DNA of 64,000 nt from Chrysemys picta bellii (lineage: Eukaryota), in assembly GCF_011386835.1 (NCBI RefSeq), contig NC_088800.1, forward strand, positions 57,474,001 to 57,538,000. The letters are read 5' to 3'. This document shows positions 35,401 to 58,387 of the stretch, one piece after another; position 1 is the first letter of the stretch, and every line of letters begins with the position of its first letter. Under the pieces are notes generated by a model, which ran no database searches, was not told where the DNA came from, and was given only the letters and a program-made list of their open reading frames with translations. The position numbers and the translations under genes are program-made.

Positions 35401-38222
35401 ATTCACCCTGGCGAGGTCAGTCCTGCACCCTGGGGCCCAGTGAGCCAGCCAGCCCACCCCCTGCTGCAGCTGCTCAAGGGACCTGTGGAGTGCATCAGCT
35501 TGGAACGCCAGGGGCTTTGTGTCCAGAGAGAGCAGAGGGGGGAAGATTCTCTGGTGCTGCACAAGCAGCAGGGACCCTGACACCACAGTGTCTGGGATGG
35601 GATCCAGGAACCCCAGTACTGAAGCCAGGCTGTCAGAGGACCACGAATCCCAATGCCAGCACCTCTGCACCAGAGCCAGGATGCACGGTGACCAGGCATG
35701 CACACCAGACAGAAGGCAGGCTGTCACAGGAGCAGGTCCTGGGGCTGGGCTGGAGGGGCACCAGTCCCCTGATGCAGGCATTACCATGGGGGAGGCAGGC
35801 TCTGGGATGGGACAGGGGAGAAAACCGTTGAGAGTTACAGGCAGTGCCCAGCCAGGCCAGAAGGGGGAGCAGAGCTCAAGAGCCAGCCGGTAAATGTGCA
35901 GAGAGAAGTGTTGGATTAAAGCTCAGCAGAGAGAGGAAGGATGGGCCAGTGGGTTGGGCACTAGCCCAAGAGTTGGGAGATTGGGGTTCGATTTCCTGCT
36001 CTGCTCAAGGCATCCTGTGTGAACCTGGGCAAGTCCTGTAGCCTCTCGGGGGAGGGGAAATACATCAGAGATTGCAAGGTGCTCAGATACTGTGGTGATG
36101 GGGGCCTGCCAGGTACATGTCAGGGCTGGCATCTGTTCCTAGCTGGCTATCTGACATTACACAAGTCTCAGTCTCTTGGGGCCTCAGCTGGGAAATGCGG
36201 ACAGCACTTCCTACCCCCTGGGACTGTGGTTGGGCTCACTTGGCAATGCTGAGGGACTCAAATATTAGAGAGAGGTGTGCCATAAAGAAACCCTGAATGT
36301 TATGACATTGCATTTTGGCCCTCTTTAGTTTCATCTGTCAGAGGATCTCAAAGCACTTCATCTATAAATACATATGCACACACACTAAAGAATTCAGCCA
36401 CACACCCTAGCTCGGGAGGGAGGTCAGTACCAGTAATTCCCTTTTACAGATAGGAAAACGAAGGCTCAGAGATGGGGGACTTGCCCTGCCCCCAGCGGAG
36501 CTGCCTCCACGCTGGTGTGCGTGAACAAGTGACCTGCTGCGTAGCCTGTCTGCTACCCTGCCCCCCTTGTGTTTGGCTGCATTGCCACTTGGAGTTGCAC
36601 ATTTGGCACAGTTCGCAAGATGTTTGCAGGAGCAGAAATAGCTGTGTTCTCACCCACGCTGCCAGCTGGCTCTCGCACAGCTGTAGGGCCGTGGGCGGCA
36701 AGGAGAAGAACGGTGGGCCTCAGGACACCAACTGGCCCCTCCCTAGAATTGCAGTCACACAGTCTACAGCTCTGGGGCAGTATTCCCTCATTAACTCTGT
36801 ATAAAACTATTCCTGGCTGCCTTTGCGGGCATGTAGATTATCTGCACTGTAACACAGGATGCAGTCAGCTGTCAGTGTCTCTCTACTAGGCCACTGAGAG
36901 CACCTGTGGCCCTTTGGGTGAGGTACAGCCATTGTTTGGTGCCCACACAAATCTCAGTCTAAATAAAATGGGATAAAAGTCCAGCCAGAGCCCATGAAGA
37001 GCAGCACATCAGCTGCTGGCCAATGCTGGCTCAGTGCTGAGGCATTAGCAAGGCCGTGTGCCAATGAGTAAATACCCAGCTCTCAGCAGGGGCCTGTTTT
37101 CGGGGCAAATCAAATGGGTAGAGACACCACAGAGGAACAGCGAGGAGCAGTCGCAGCCACTTGGTACCTCTAATAACCAGCCACCAACTCACTGGAGATC
37201 CCCCTCGCTCAGGGTTTCATGCTACTGTCCAGCACCATAGTATCACAGTGCCTTCTGTGCAAACGCCATAGTGATAAAGTCCCTAGCAGCCATCAGCCTC
37301 CAGGTTGTAATAAGAGGGTGGGGGCTAGTAGCTGTCTTCCACTGAAGCCAATGCGAGTGACTTCTGGGATGATTTTGGCCTAGCCTAGCTGTAGAAGCTC
37401 GCTTATATGTGGGAGCAGGCAGCAGCTTTCTGCAGCACAAGATCTGATGAGCCTTCTCGCAGGGGAGGGCTGAGGCCTGTGTGAACCACTGCTCTAGAGC
37501 CATGGAGCACCAACAATTGAAAGGGGCTTGGGAGTGTATACCCTGCCAACAGAGGGTCCTAGTCTGATACAGGACAAGCGTTAGTAGCAGCATCAAGACA
37601 GCATTGGCTGCAGATTGAATGCCACTCCCAGGAGGCAGGGATGGTCAGAAAGGAGGGGCCCTGCAATGGTTGGGGGTAGAGGGGTAAGTGCAGAAGCCAA
37701 CTGGTGAATGAATAGGGAGGCTGGGCTGAGCACTGCCCTTGCTTTAACTATGACCCTCTAGTTGCGAGCACTAAACAGAGCATGTGGCCCTTGCCTAGCA
37801 TCTATACGGACGCAGAGGCTAAACCACAATGCCTGGGGGAGCTGGAGTCCGCCTGGACACACAGCACAGCTGCCTCAGCCTGCCACTGTCCCACCCTTAA
37901 TCCTCCCCCACAAATTTGCTGTGGAGTGGACAGGCCTATTCAGAGGCATTATGATGTAGGCAAGTGGCCAGTCAGCCTCAGAGAAACTCTCACTGGAAGC
38001 TCAGGTCACAGTTGACAGCCCAGGCTGCCAGCCGATTTCAACAGGTAGAGCCCATGCAAGAGGGCAGCTGTACCAAGGCTGCACAGCCACTGAAGGACCA
38101 GGCAAGCAGCTCCCCTTCCCCTGCTTCTGTCTCCTCTGCAGGTGCTGTATTTCCCTGATCGCTGGTGGCATGCCACCCTCAACTTGGACACGAGTGTCTT
38201 CATCTCCACCTTCCTGGGGTAG
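29500..38222 (+). CDS. JMJD8: JmjC domain-containing protein 8, 273 aa, 9 coding exons, hydrophobic N-terminus
   Basis: Exons 29500-29609, 31830-31922, 32638-32686, 33345-33441, 34010-34078, 34292-34411, 34563-34630, 35281-35415, 38142-38222 (822 nt, phases consistent). Peptides RLSTANTYSYHK, GSGVPFHWHGPG, RWFLYPPEKTPEFHPNKTTL, VLYFPDRWWHATLNLDTSVFISTFLG*. Confidence 0.95.
30415..31140 (+). mobile_element. CR1 LINE 3' fragment (different subfamily tail)
   Basis: WSPHLKKDVLELEKVQKRATKMIR; ends GGCTAGATGGACCATTGGTCTGACCCAGT...CGTTCTTATATTCTTAT. Confidence 0.9.
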
Positions 38223-38603
38223 CAGCTCAGGGCTCTGCCTACCTGCCAGCCCTTCCTCAGGAACTGAATTGTTCACTTCCCTCCCTCCAAAGCCCTGGGA
38301 TTCTGCTGGTGAATTCTAGCCATCTCTCTCCCCTATAACCCTGCAGGCAGCGTTGGACTCTGGGAATGGGGCTGATACAGCTCTAATCCATCTAGGATTG
38401 ATCCTGATCTGTGTGAGCACCCCCACCATTCTGTGATGCAGCAGCTACTGAGGTTGGGTTGGAGGGGGGAACCTGTCCCCTTTCTCCCATACAGCTGGTG
38501 GCATTTGCTGCTGTACTTACAACTCTGCACTTTCTGTTCCTCAGCTCCATGAGCCTGCCTGCTCACCCCACCCCCTTCCTTCACATCCTCTTGGTGTTTC
38601 TAA

Positions 38604-38853
38604 GGCCTTGGCTACACTGGCGCTGTACAGCACTGCAACTTGCTGCGCTCAGGGGTGTGAAATCGCCCCCCGAGCGCAGCGCTGTAAAGCGCCAGTGTAA
38701 TCAGCGCCCGCAGCGCTGCAAGCTATTCCCCTCGGAGAGGTGGAGTACTTGCAGCCTTGCGAGAGAGCTCTCGCAGCGCTGGTGGCGCGACTACACTCGC
38801 ACTTCACAGCGCTGCCGCGGCAGCACTGTGAATTCTCAAGTGTAGCCAAGGCC
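38604..38853. mobile_element. Harbinger MITE in the JMJD8 3'UTR, with TIRs identical to the 54201 element
   Basis: GGCCTTGGCTACACT...AGTGTAGCCAAGGCC; perfect TAA TSD; upstream of AATAAA at 38949. Confidence 0.9.
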
Positions 38854-41600
38854 TAAGATCTGAGGAACAGAGTCCATGGCAGAAGGCAGCTTCTGGCTCA
38901 AGCCTGGTCTCTAGGCAAGAGTGACATTACTATGTAGGCTCTTCTTTAAATAAACCATTGGTCAGTAGCACAGAACCAGCCACTCCAGTTCTAGAGCTAA
39001 ATCGCCAGGCATGGGGCTTAGTCTAGCCTCAGATGCCCTTGTATCTGCCCTTGGTGACCTTCCCTCAGCAGCTCTGCTGAGAGCTCATTTCCTGGTGCTC
39101 ATTCATGGGTGCAGGGGAAAATTGAAGGACCAGTTTCTGTTACCCAGGAATCCCCTGCAGCTGGGGGTGGTTGGGCCGGCTTTCACTTGAATGTTAATGT
39201 ACAAGCAGCAAAGGATACTTGAAATAAGAGTTTAGGTTAGTTATTGGGATTTTCCTATTTCAAGTCTGGATTAAAATAACTGCCTGCCTTCTCTCTGCAC
39301 TTGTCATGAGTGCCTTAGCATTGAATCCTACCACACCATAGCCAGCCTCTGACATAAGCACCTGCTACTTTTCCTCTCATTTACTCTTGGCCCCCAGGTA
39401 TGGTGGCAAATTCATCCCTGCCCTGCCATGCCCAGGATTATTCCACGACTGAATCTGGCTTAGGAGTTATTTTCACAATTGTTGTCCCCTGTCCCCGCCG
39501 ATGCAGAGCTTTTAGTGCTTTTCAACCAGCACCTTACACACAGATTCCGACTACACTGCAACTGGGAGGTGCGAGTGCCACATGCATAGATGGGAGCTAG
39601 CTTTGGTCAAGTAATAGCAGTGAAGCCACACCCACCATGAACCTCTAATACCTAATCAAGCAGCCACTGCCCATGCTGCCACTATCCTTCCTCAAACTGG
39701 ATCAAATCTAGCTCAGCTATGTCTACACAATCACCCCTCCTAACTGCAGTGCACAGACCCAAATAGCCTTATCCTGATTCTGCAAGTGGGGAAACTGAGG
39801 CAAGGATTTACAGATCCAGGGCAAGACTAGAAATAGATTCCTGCCCCAACCCAGAGTCCCTTCCATTGTAATGAGCACAGACCACACTGCCTCCCAGTAA
39901 CGCACTGTTAGAATAGGTCTTCTTGGGCTAGTCTGCACTAAAGGACAATTCTGCGAAACTGATGCAAGCTAGGGTGTTGCTTGACAGCCCCAGATAGCTC
40001 TGCATGGCATTTGGCTCCGTCAACCAGTATGTAGGTCACACAGTGCAGCTGCCACCTTGCAGGTAAGGCCTGGCCCCGCCCAGCAGTTGTGAAATGGCAC
40101 GAGGCCCTTGTCCAACTGACTCTGGAAGCAGTCAAGATTGAACACTGGGTGCCTTGAAAACAAATCTGAACAAACGGTCTCCATGCAGGGCAAAACACCT
40201 GCTTCCCTTCTTCTCTCAGTAATTGCTCTTGAGTTTGGAGAGGAGTTAGCCGAGAGAGGATGGCAAGAAAGATGAATTGGTTAGTTTGTAAAATGCTGTG
40301 GATGAGCCCCATGAATGATTCATGGGACAGAAGGCCAGGCCGGTGCTGACTCCTCCCCCGAGCCTGATGCAAGAATGAAAGGACACTTGATGGAATTAGA
40401 AAGACACCCTAACAGGCAATTCTCTCCTTTGCAGCCTGTCATTAACCTGGAGAACTCTTTGCCACAGATATCAGCCAGAGAACTCTTAATATGACTGAAA
40501 AAAATCACTGGGCACAGCAAAAGAAAAAATAGCATCTAGTGTTACATTAGCTAGGATAAAATGACAAAGGGCACCAGTCTTTCCATTTCAGAACACAGTA
40601 CAATGATCACCAACTGAGATCAACAGAACAGCAAGGTACACAGGGAACAGAGGAAACCTTGACTCAAAATAGGACAGCAGACTGGCTAGACAAGTGGTCT
40701 GCTGAGACTTCATTATATTCAAGTATCTTGCTATGTATATTGTCCCCTCTCAACAAAAGCTCTGTCTAATATACGTACCAGTGGCTAAGTGAGCAGGAGA
40801 CTTAGGACCCGGTCTTCATAAAGGCCAGTTTTCTTTCCCTCCTCCAGCTCCCTATAAACATCCAAGCAAATACCTGACCAGGTGGGCTAATGAGTTCATC
40901 TATAGATTCCTCCAACTGGCAGCAACACTGCTCAGCCACCTCCTTCTTCCTTGTGGGGAGGGACTGAGGCTACACCTTCACTGCCTTCTCCAGTTCTGGG
41001 AAGCACAAGAAGCTAGAAGCATTTCTTCTCTTACGATATGTAATGACCTACCCAACAAACAGGTTTTGCTTTGTATCAGTCTGAAAGCCCCTTCCTGGCC
41101 CTGAGATTGCACAACAGAGCAAAGATACTAATGTTAGCAGCTTTGCCCCCTCACAGCTCCTATAGTCTGAAACCCTTTGCAGCCACGGAAACGCCCCACA
41201 AGCCATCCTCTAGTTCAACAGAGAATTGTATCATGCACCAGAGGGTTTCTCCAAGTATCAAAATATAATCAATGTTCTCCCTAGGAAAAATCTGATCATC
41301 TGAAGGGAACAGAACTTCAAGCGGCAACAGAACAGGTTTAGAAATAAACAAAGCAAAAACCAGAGAACGCTCCCTGTTAGAGAACAGCCCTGCCCATGTG
41401 ATGCAATTGATGAGACATGGCATAGATAACACAATAAAAAGAACACTTAGATCCCCCCTGTGCAGGCATGCACGTGGCTGCCTCGCATGTGAAACTGCAG
41501 CTACCCTCATCTTTAACATGGAGGTACAGCCTCTGGAGACTACAGGACCAGCATGGCATGTTGCATCTTAATGCGTGCAGCCTACTGCACTCCTTACTAA

Positions 41601-41881
41601 GGGCTTGTCTTCACTACCCGCCTGGATCAGCGGGTAGAAATCGATCTCTCGGGGATAGAGTTATCGCGTCTCGTCGGGACGCGACAATCGATCCCTGAAT
41701 CGACGCGCGTACTCCATCAGCCCAGGTAGGAGTAAGCGCCGTCGACGGGGGAGCCACAGCGGTCGATTTGCCGCCGTCCTCACAGCGGGGTAAGTCGGAT
41801 CGGATACATCGAATTCAGCTACACTATTTGCGTATCTTAAATCGATCCCCCCCCCCCCCCCCCCCCAGTGTAGACCTAGCC
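41601..41881. mobile_element. Harbinger MITE (CpG-rich, young)
   Basis: GGGCTTGTCTTCAC...GTGTAGACCTAGCC; TAA TSD at 41598-41600 and 41882-41884. Confidence 0.85.
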
Positions 41882-43035
41882 TAAGAGAGATGTAGAGGTG
41901 CGCTCCACTTCTGCTCCCATATGCCACTGGGGGCTGCCTCTGCCCAGCCTCCACCAGCCTTTTCAAAGGAAAGATCCCTGCAATCATGAAACATTCAGAC
42001 TATTTAACACTTATTGCTGAAATATTTATTAACATTGGCAAACTTCTGGAGAGCGAACTCATGAAGCCAGGCAGTCTGCAGGCCAATCAGACATCAAGAC
42101 TTCCAACAGCCAAAACGCTTTAGGCCGATTTTTTTTTAAGGGTTTAATTAAAACAAACATGAACTTTCATCCAAGTGATTATCAGGGAACTACTGTCCCT
42201 GGGGCTGGAGAGTGGCCTCCCATGGGTCACGGCTTCCATCCTACAGGACAGTGGTTTCCCAGTACGAGCCCGCACGCCAGTCAACGTCCGTATAATATAT
42301 ATTTCATTTCCTTCCCCCAGCAAGTGGCTATTTACAGGAAAACATGAAGAGAACTACACTAGACAGACAGGAGATGTAGGAAGAAAGAAACACAAACTAT
42401 GTACAGAGGGAGGGAGTGGGGAATGCAGCTCAGCCTGGAGAACAGGAGAGCCCTTCCGAGCCAGCTCCTCGCTCGTCACAGTCTGGGCCCTCGCTGTAGG
42501 CACGGCTCCCACATCTCCCCAGGAGCAGGGCTTGTGCTGTGGGGAAAGGGAGTAGGCAGCTGTTTTTGTGGAGGAAAGTCGTTCTTTACAGCCAAGGATC
42601 TGAGGTGGGTTATGAAAAGCAGTGATGCTGGCTAGTACAGAGTGACACTGCTCTTCCAAAAGTGCTTCTGTGGATTGCCTCCAGTGCTGGGTCCTCAACA
42701 GGCGCTCCCTCTCTGCCTGCCTAAGGCAGTCTTGCTTCTGTCTATCATGTTGGGAGGTTACCAGGAGCCCAGGTGAGCAAGGAGCTGGAAGGACCCTCCA
42801 TGGCCCTGCTCAGTCAGTCTGGCCCAGCTGTGGTTTCTGGGAGATGAGATGATAATGCACTCTAGTCCAGCACTGCCAAGGGATCTCTGGGCATCCAGAG
42901 GAGAGAGAGAGAGACAAAGTGAGTAAGGCATGGTGCCAGCCCAGCATGCTCAGACAGCAGTCTATAGCAGAGCGTGCCTGTGCTGCCACAGCTGGGGCTG
43001 CGGTGAGGATCCAGAGGACTGTGCCCGCTCAGCCA

Positions 43036-53384
<10,349 letters not shown>

Positions 53385-53600
53385 GCCGCAGCGCAGCGCT
53401 CCCGTGCGGGGCCCGGCCGGATCCCTGCGGCCTCACACTGCGACAGCCCGGCCGGCCCTGCCCGAGCCCGCCTCCGCCCCGCCCGCAGCCAGCGGGACTT
53501 CCGGCGGGGCCGGGCCTGAGGGGAGGGCAGGTGAGATGGCGATGGAGACGGAGTCGGCGCTGAGGGGAGACCGAGGGAGCTACGGGGGAGGATCAGGAGG
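53385..53600. promoter_or_regulatory. Bidirectional CpG promoter for STUB1(-) and the Amun-like gene(+)
   Basis: CpG island; ETS/GABP motif ACTTCCGG at ~53498; GC boxes; plus-strand donor GCAG|GTGAGA at 53530 with a matching acceptor CTTTTAG| at 58351. Confidence 0.6.
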
Positions 53601-54070
53601 CTGGGCAGGGGAGGGAGGTCAGGGCTGAGGGGGCTGGGAGAGTTGGGGTGCTGAGGATGGGGTGGGAAGACTAGAGTGGGGCCAGGGGACTGAAGGGTGG
53701 GGCTAGGAAGATCAGGGCTGAGGGGGGTGGAGTGGGGGACAGGGGTGGGAGGGTCAGGAGGATGGAGTGGGGGAAGGTCAGGGCTGGGAGAGTTAGGGAG
53801 CCAAGGAGGCTGGGGTGAGGGGATAGAGTGGGGGTCAGGGGCTGAAGGATGGTGCTAGGAGGGTCAGAAAGGGTTGGGGGGGCTGAGGGGGTTGGAGTGG
53901 GGGACAGGGATGGGAAGGTCAGGGCTGGGAGAGTTAGGGAGCCAAGGAGGATGGGGTGAGGGGATAGAGTGGGAATCAGGGGGCTGAAGGGTGGGGCTAG
54001 GAGTATCAGGGCTGAGGGGTCTGAGGGGGTTCAGGGCGCCTGGGAGCTGAGGGGGTTGGAGGAGGAGGGG
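53590..54070 (+). repeat. G-rich low-complexity tract with a ~140-bp-period internal duplication
   Basis: GGTCAGGGCTGGGAGAGTTAGGGAGCCAAGGAGG..GGGGATAGAGTGGG occurs at ~53777 and ~53918. Confidence 0.7.
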
Positions 54071-54550
54071 TGGCAAGCTGAGGAGCTGGGTGGCAGGAGC
54101 AGGAATAGGGCGCTGCAGGGAAATAAAGATGAGTGCAGCAAGGGGCTAGGTTGGGCAAGGAGAGCTGCAGCTTCCTGGAGTGCAGGGAGAGCTAGGCTTA
54201 GGCCTTGGCTACACTTGCAGATGTACAGCGCTGTGAGTTAAACCTGACTTTGTGCAGCTGAGTATGGAAAGCGCTGCAGTCTGTCCACACTGACAGCTGC
54301 CCAGCGCACTGTCGTGGCCACATTTGCGGCAATTGCAGCGCTATTGGGAGCGGTGCATTATGGGCAGCTATCCCACAGAGCACCTTTTCCCATTCTGGCA
54401 CCATGGGTTGTGGGAAGGGGGCATGGGATTCTGGCTCCTGTCCCAATGCCCCATGATGCATCGCTTCGCATCCCAGAAATCCCTTTGTTTCCGTCCACCT
54501 TTGGTGCCATCTTTCAACAGTTTCTGTACAGCGCGATCTGTCTGCGGGAA

Positions 54551-55777
54551 ATGGAGTCCGAACTGCTGAGGCGTATGCTGACGAGTCTCGAAAGCACGTC
54601 ACGTTTGGCTGTTGAATTATTCCTTAAGATCCAAAGTGACAGTGAGGGTGAGGAGTCCGACGATGCTATCGAGCCGCATAACGCGTACGACATGAAATTG
54701 CTTGTGGCATTCACAGACATGCTCAGCACCGTGGAACGCCGCTTTTGGGCTCGGGAAACAAGCACCGAGTGGTGGGATCACATAGTCATGGAAGTCTGGG
54801 ATGACGAGCAGTGGCTGCAGAACTTTCGGATGAGAAAAGCCACTTTCATGGGACTGTGTGAGGAGCTCGCCCCCACCCTGCGGCGCAAGGACACGAGATT
54901 GAGAGCTGCCCTGCCAGTGGAGAAGCGGGTGGCTATTGCAATCTGGAAGCTGGCAATTCCAGACAGCTACCGGTCGGTCACAAACCAGTTTGGAGTGGGA
55001 AAGTTGACTGTTGGAATCGTGTTGATGCAAGTTTGCAAGGCCATTAATTGCATCCTACTCAGAAGAACCGTGACTCTGGGTAACGTGCAGGAAATAGTGG
55101 ATGGCTTTGCACAAATGGGGTTCCCTAACTGTGGAGCGGCAATAGATGGGACGCACATTCCTATTCTGGCACCACCCCACTTAGGATCCGAATACGTTAA
55201 TCGGAATGGGTATTGCTCTATGGTTCTCCAGGCGCTTGTGGATCACGGTGGGCATTTCATTGACTTTAACACAGGCTGGCCCGGAAAGGTGCATGACGCA
55301 CACATCTTTTGGAACACTTGGCTGTTCAGGAAGATGCAGGCCGGAAGATCACGGTAGGGGAAGTTGAAATGTCCATTGTGATCCTTAGAGATCCCGTTTA
55401 TCCGTTAATGCTGTGGCTCATGAAACCCTACACAGGGAGCCTTGACAGCAGCAAGGAACGGTTCAACTACAGGCTGAGCCGGTGCCGAATGACTGGAGTG
55501 TGCCTTTGGCCGTTTAAAAGCCCGCTGGCGATCTCTGTTTGGGAAGCTGGACTTGGCCGAAAACAGCCTCCCCACGGTTATATCCGTGTGCTGTGCCCTC
55601 CATAATATTTGGGAAGGGAAGGGTGAAAGCTTCACTCAGGCATGGACCTCTGAGGTTCAACACCTGGAGGCTGAATTTGCACAGCCAGAGAGCAGGGCTA
55701 TTACAGGGACCCAGTGCAGGGCTGCAAGGATTAGGGATGCCTTGAGGGAGCAATTGGAGGCTGAAAACCAGCAGTGA
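54551..55777 (+). pseudogene. Harbinger DDE transposase (HARBI1-like), two frameshifts
   Basis: FRMRKATFMGLCEEL, GAAIDGTHIPI, GWPGKVHDAHIF, VILRDPVYPL, ECAFG..CCALHNI. The frame breaks at ~55335 and ~55495. Confidence 0.92.
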
Positions 55778-55885
55778 TATCTGGTGCCCTGCACGGGAGT
55801 GAAGTGCAGTAGTTCCAATCTTTAGGAATCAGTGTTTGCTAAGCAGACTTGCAGTGCCTGTTTATTTCCTGGGCTAAGGAGGCTT

Positions 55886-57718
55886 TTACGTTATGCAATA
55901 ATAAAGAATGTTTTCAAAGCCAAAAATCCATTTATTGAAAAGAAACAAGGGGGTGGAGTGGGGAACAGTACAATCACAGATTCGCATATGTCTTGTCTGG
56001 TGTGCTGTGCAGTGAGTGCTGCACTTCAGGACAGCTATATTGCATGGTGATGGGGGTTGAGTGCAGAGGGTAAGGGTTGTGGTTTTCAGGGCTGGGTGGT
56101 GAAGATACTGGTGTTGGAGGCAGCGGGTGGAATGAAGAACACGGAAGTTGGGGAAAGTGGGTTGGAGGTGACAGTGGGGCACAATGGAAAGAGTTTTGGG
56201 ACAAGGGCTGTGTGGGGGGTGGCATTTGCGGTACTGCTCCTCTTTCTGCATGGCTAGCAGCTCCTGGATAGCATCTGCTTGGCGCTCCAGGATGCTTATG
56301 AGCCTATCAGTGCTTTGCTGCCGGTGCGCGGTGCTTTGCCACCGGTGCTCTGCGTTTTCCTGGCGGATCCTGCTTTCTCTCTCCCTCCAGTTCTGTGCTT
56401 TCTCATTCTCTTTAATAGATTGCCGCATCACTTCTTGCAGCATGTCTTCTTTGCTTTTTTGCGGTCTCTTCTTGAGTCTTTGCAGTCTCTGAGCAGGCGA
56501 TAAGAGGGACGGCTGAGGTCTCAAGGTTGATGCAGCTGTATAGGCAAAATGCAACATTTAACAGAGGCAGCATTGTTTATACCAGACAGTAATGAGTCTC
56601 CCAGCACTTAAGGAGTAGAAAACACACAGGGTCTACACAATAGCATAATTTTCCTGTCCGAAACAGAGCACACACATCCCACGGGAGCCTCAAAATGGTG
56701 AGTAAGGGGGACTGATTGTTTCAAGGCTGCACTGCCCTCTGGCTTTCTGTGCCTTGGGGAGCACCAACAGCTTCAGGAGGCACCTACACTGAACACTGTC
56801 CCAACATTTTCCACAGGAGTTCATCCTGGACGACATCTCGCTGCTGAGGATGACCTGGGAAGCAAGGGAGGGTCTTCTACTGCAATGCGGCTTCCGCCCT
56901 GGCCCATATGCAGCTTGCCTGTGTGCAGCAATGGTCCCCTCGTGACACAGTGGCGCGGACACGTTAGCCTGGCTGGGACAAGGACCACGGTGGCTCTCCC
57001 GATAAACCTGCGCAAGCGCATTGCACATGTTCTGGATGAGACATTCAAGGAGATTACCGAGGCCGATTACCACGATGTGATAAACCACATCAATGCACTA
57101 TTCCGCATCTAGGCATGCATGCCTAACCCTTCTCTCCTAAAGAGCCCGCACCGAAAAAATTCCTTCCCGGGAAAAAAAAAAAAAAAAAACCACTTACCGG
57201 GAACCTGCTCTTCTGTTTGTCCTCCACCAAGTACTGGCCGCTGCGGCTACCTTCCTCCTGGCTCGAGAAGAGCTCCTGGCTGCATTGCTCCAGGGATTCT
57301 GGGGTGTCTCCATCCGGCCCACCACCATCACTCCAGTTTTCCTCCTCCTCCTCTTCCTCCTCTCCCCCACCGGCTCTGAAGTGTCCATGGTGGTGCTCGG
57401 AGTGGAGGTGGGGTTAACCCCAAGTATCACATCCAGCTCTTTGTAGAATCGGCAGGTCGCAGGGGGAGCACCCGAGCGGCCGTTTGCGTCGCGGGCTTTG
57501 CGGTAGGCACTCCGCAGCTCCTTTACTTTAATCCTGCACTGCAGGGCGTCCTGGTCATGGCCCCTTTCCATCATGTCCTTTGATACCTTCCCAAAGGTAT
57601 CGTAATTCCTACGGCTGGAGCACTGCTGGGACTGTACAGCTTCCTCCCCCCAAACACTGAGGAGGTCCAGCAACTCGCCATTGCTCCATGCTGGGGCTCG
57701 CTTGGCGCGTGGAGGCAT
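55886..57718 (-). pseudogene. Harbinger Myb/SANT-like DNA-binding accessory gene (2 exons)
   Basis: ATG 57718, MPPRAKRAPAWSNGELLDLLSVWGE..QCRIKVKELRSAYRKARDAN..CRFYKELD; donor near 57197, acceptor near 56536; coiled-coil second exon. The acidic linker appears frameshifted and the 3' end is approximate. Confidence 0.85.
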
Positions 57719-58387
57719 GGTCACCTGGAAAGATTCGCTGATAGGATTCCACACCACGCCGGGCTGAGCAAACTGGAAGGGGATTTTTAAAATTCCCGGG
57801 GAATGTAAAGGGTGGGTCACATGGTTGGTTACCTGAGGCCAGGGCAGTAGAGTTTGAACTGATGACCAGAGTGGCTAGAACAGGCATTGTGGGATACTGC
57901 TGAATAATTCTGGAGGCCATTCACAGCGCATTGGGTGGCCACATTGGCGCCGCAATACTTGCTATTCCTCTTGGAGAGGTGGAGTACATGGAGCGCTGCA
58001 ACCACGGAGATACAGCGCTGCAAATGCTTTGCCAGTGTGGACGGGGAGTGAGTTACAGCGTTGGGGGGGCCTTTACAGCGCTGTAACTCGCAAGTGTAGC
58101 CAAGGCCTCAGAGGCAGCGCCTTGAGGGGGGCCATAAGGACCAAAGGTGCTAAGAGGTGGAGAGGCCTGCTGGAGAGCATGGTGGGGTGAAGAACGGGGG
58201 GTAAGGAGAGAAAGTTGACAGGGCAAGTAGAAGGTGAATGAAGTGAGGATGGGTTTGGGGTTGTAGGGAGGGGAGATAAGTATCAGCATTTTCTTCCCAT
58301 AAGGTCTCTATAGTTCCATTAGCATCAAGTCTGTTTGTCCTTCTCTTTTAGATGTTCTTCGTCCTCAGTGTCCTGGAGCCCTGAAAC

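Larger units (their letters stand above)
54201..58107. mobile_element. Full-length PIF/Harbinger DNA transposon (3.9 kb) with two convergent genes
   Basis: TIRs GGCCTTGGCTACACTTGC...GCAAGTGTAGCCAAGGCC; 3-bp flanks TTA/TCA; transposase on plus, Myb/SANT gene on minus; opposing AATAAA at 55900(+) and 55931(-). Confidence 0.95.

Noticed and set aside
54314-55357. 347-aa ORF as a domesticated HARBI1 host gene
   Set aside because: It is bounded by TIRs and a TSD, paired with a Myb gene, and frameshifted before the final catalytic Glu; the true start is probably 54551.
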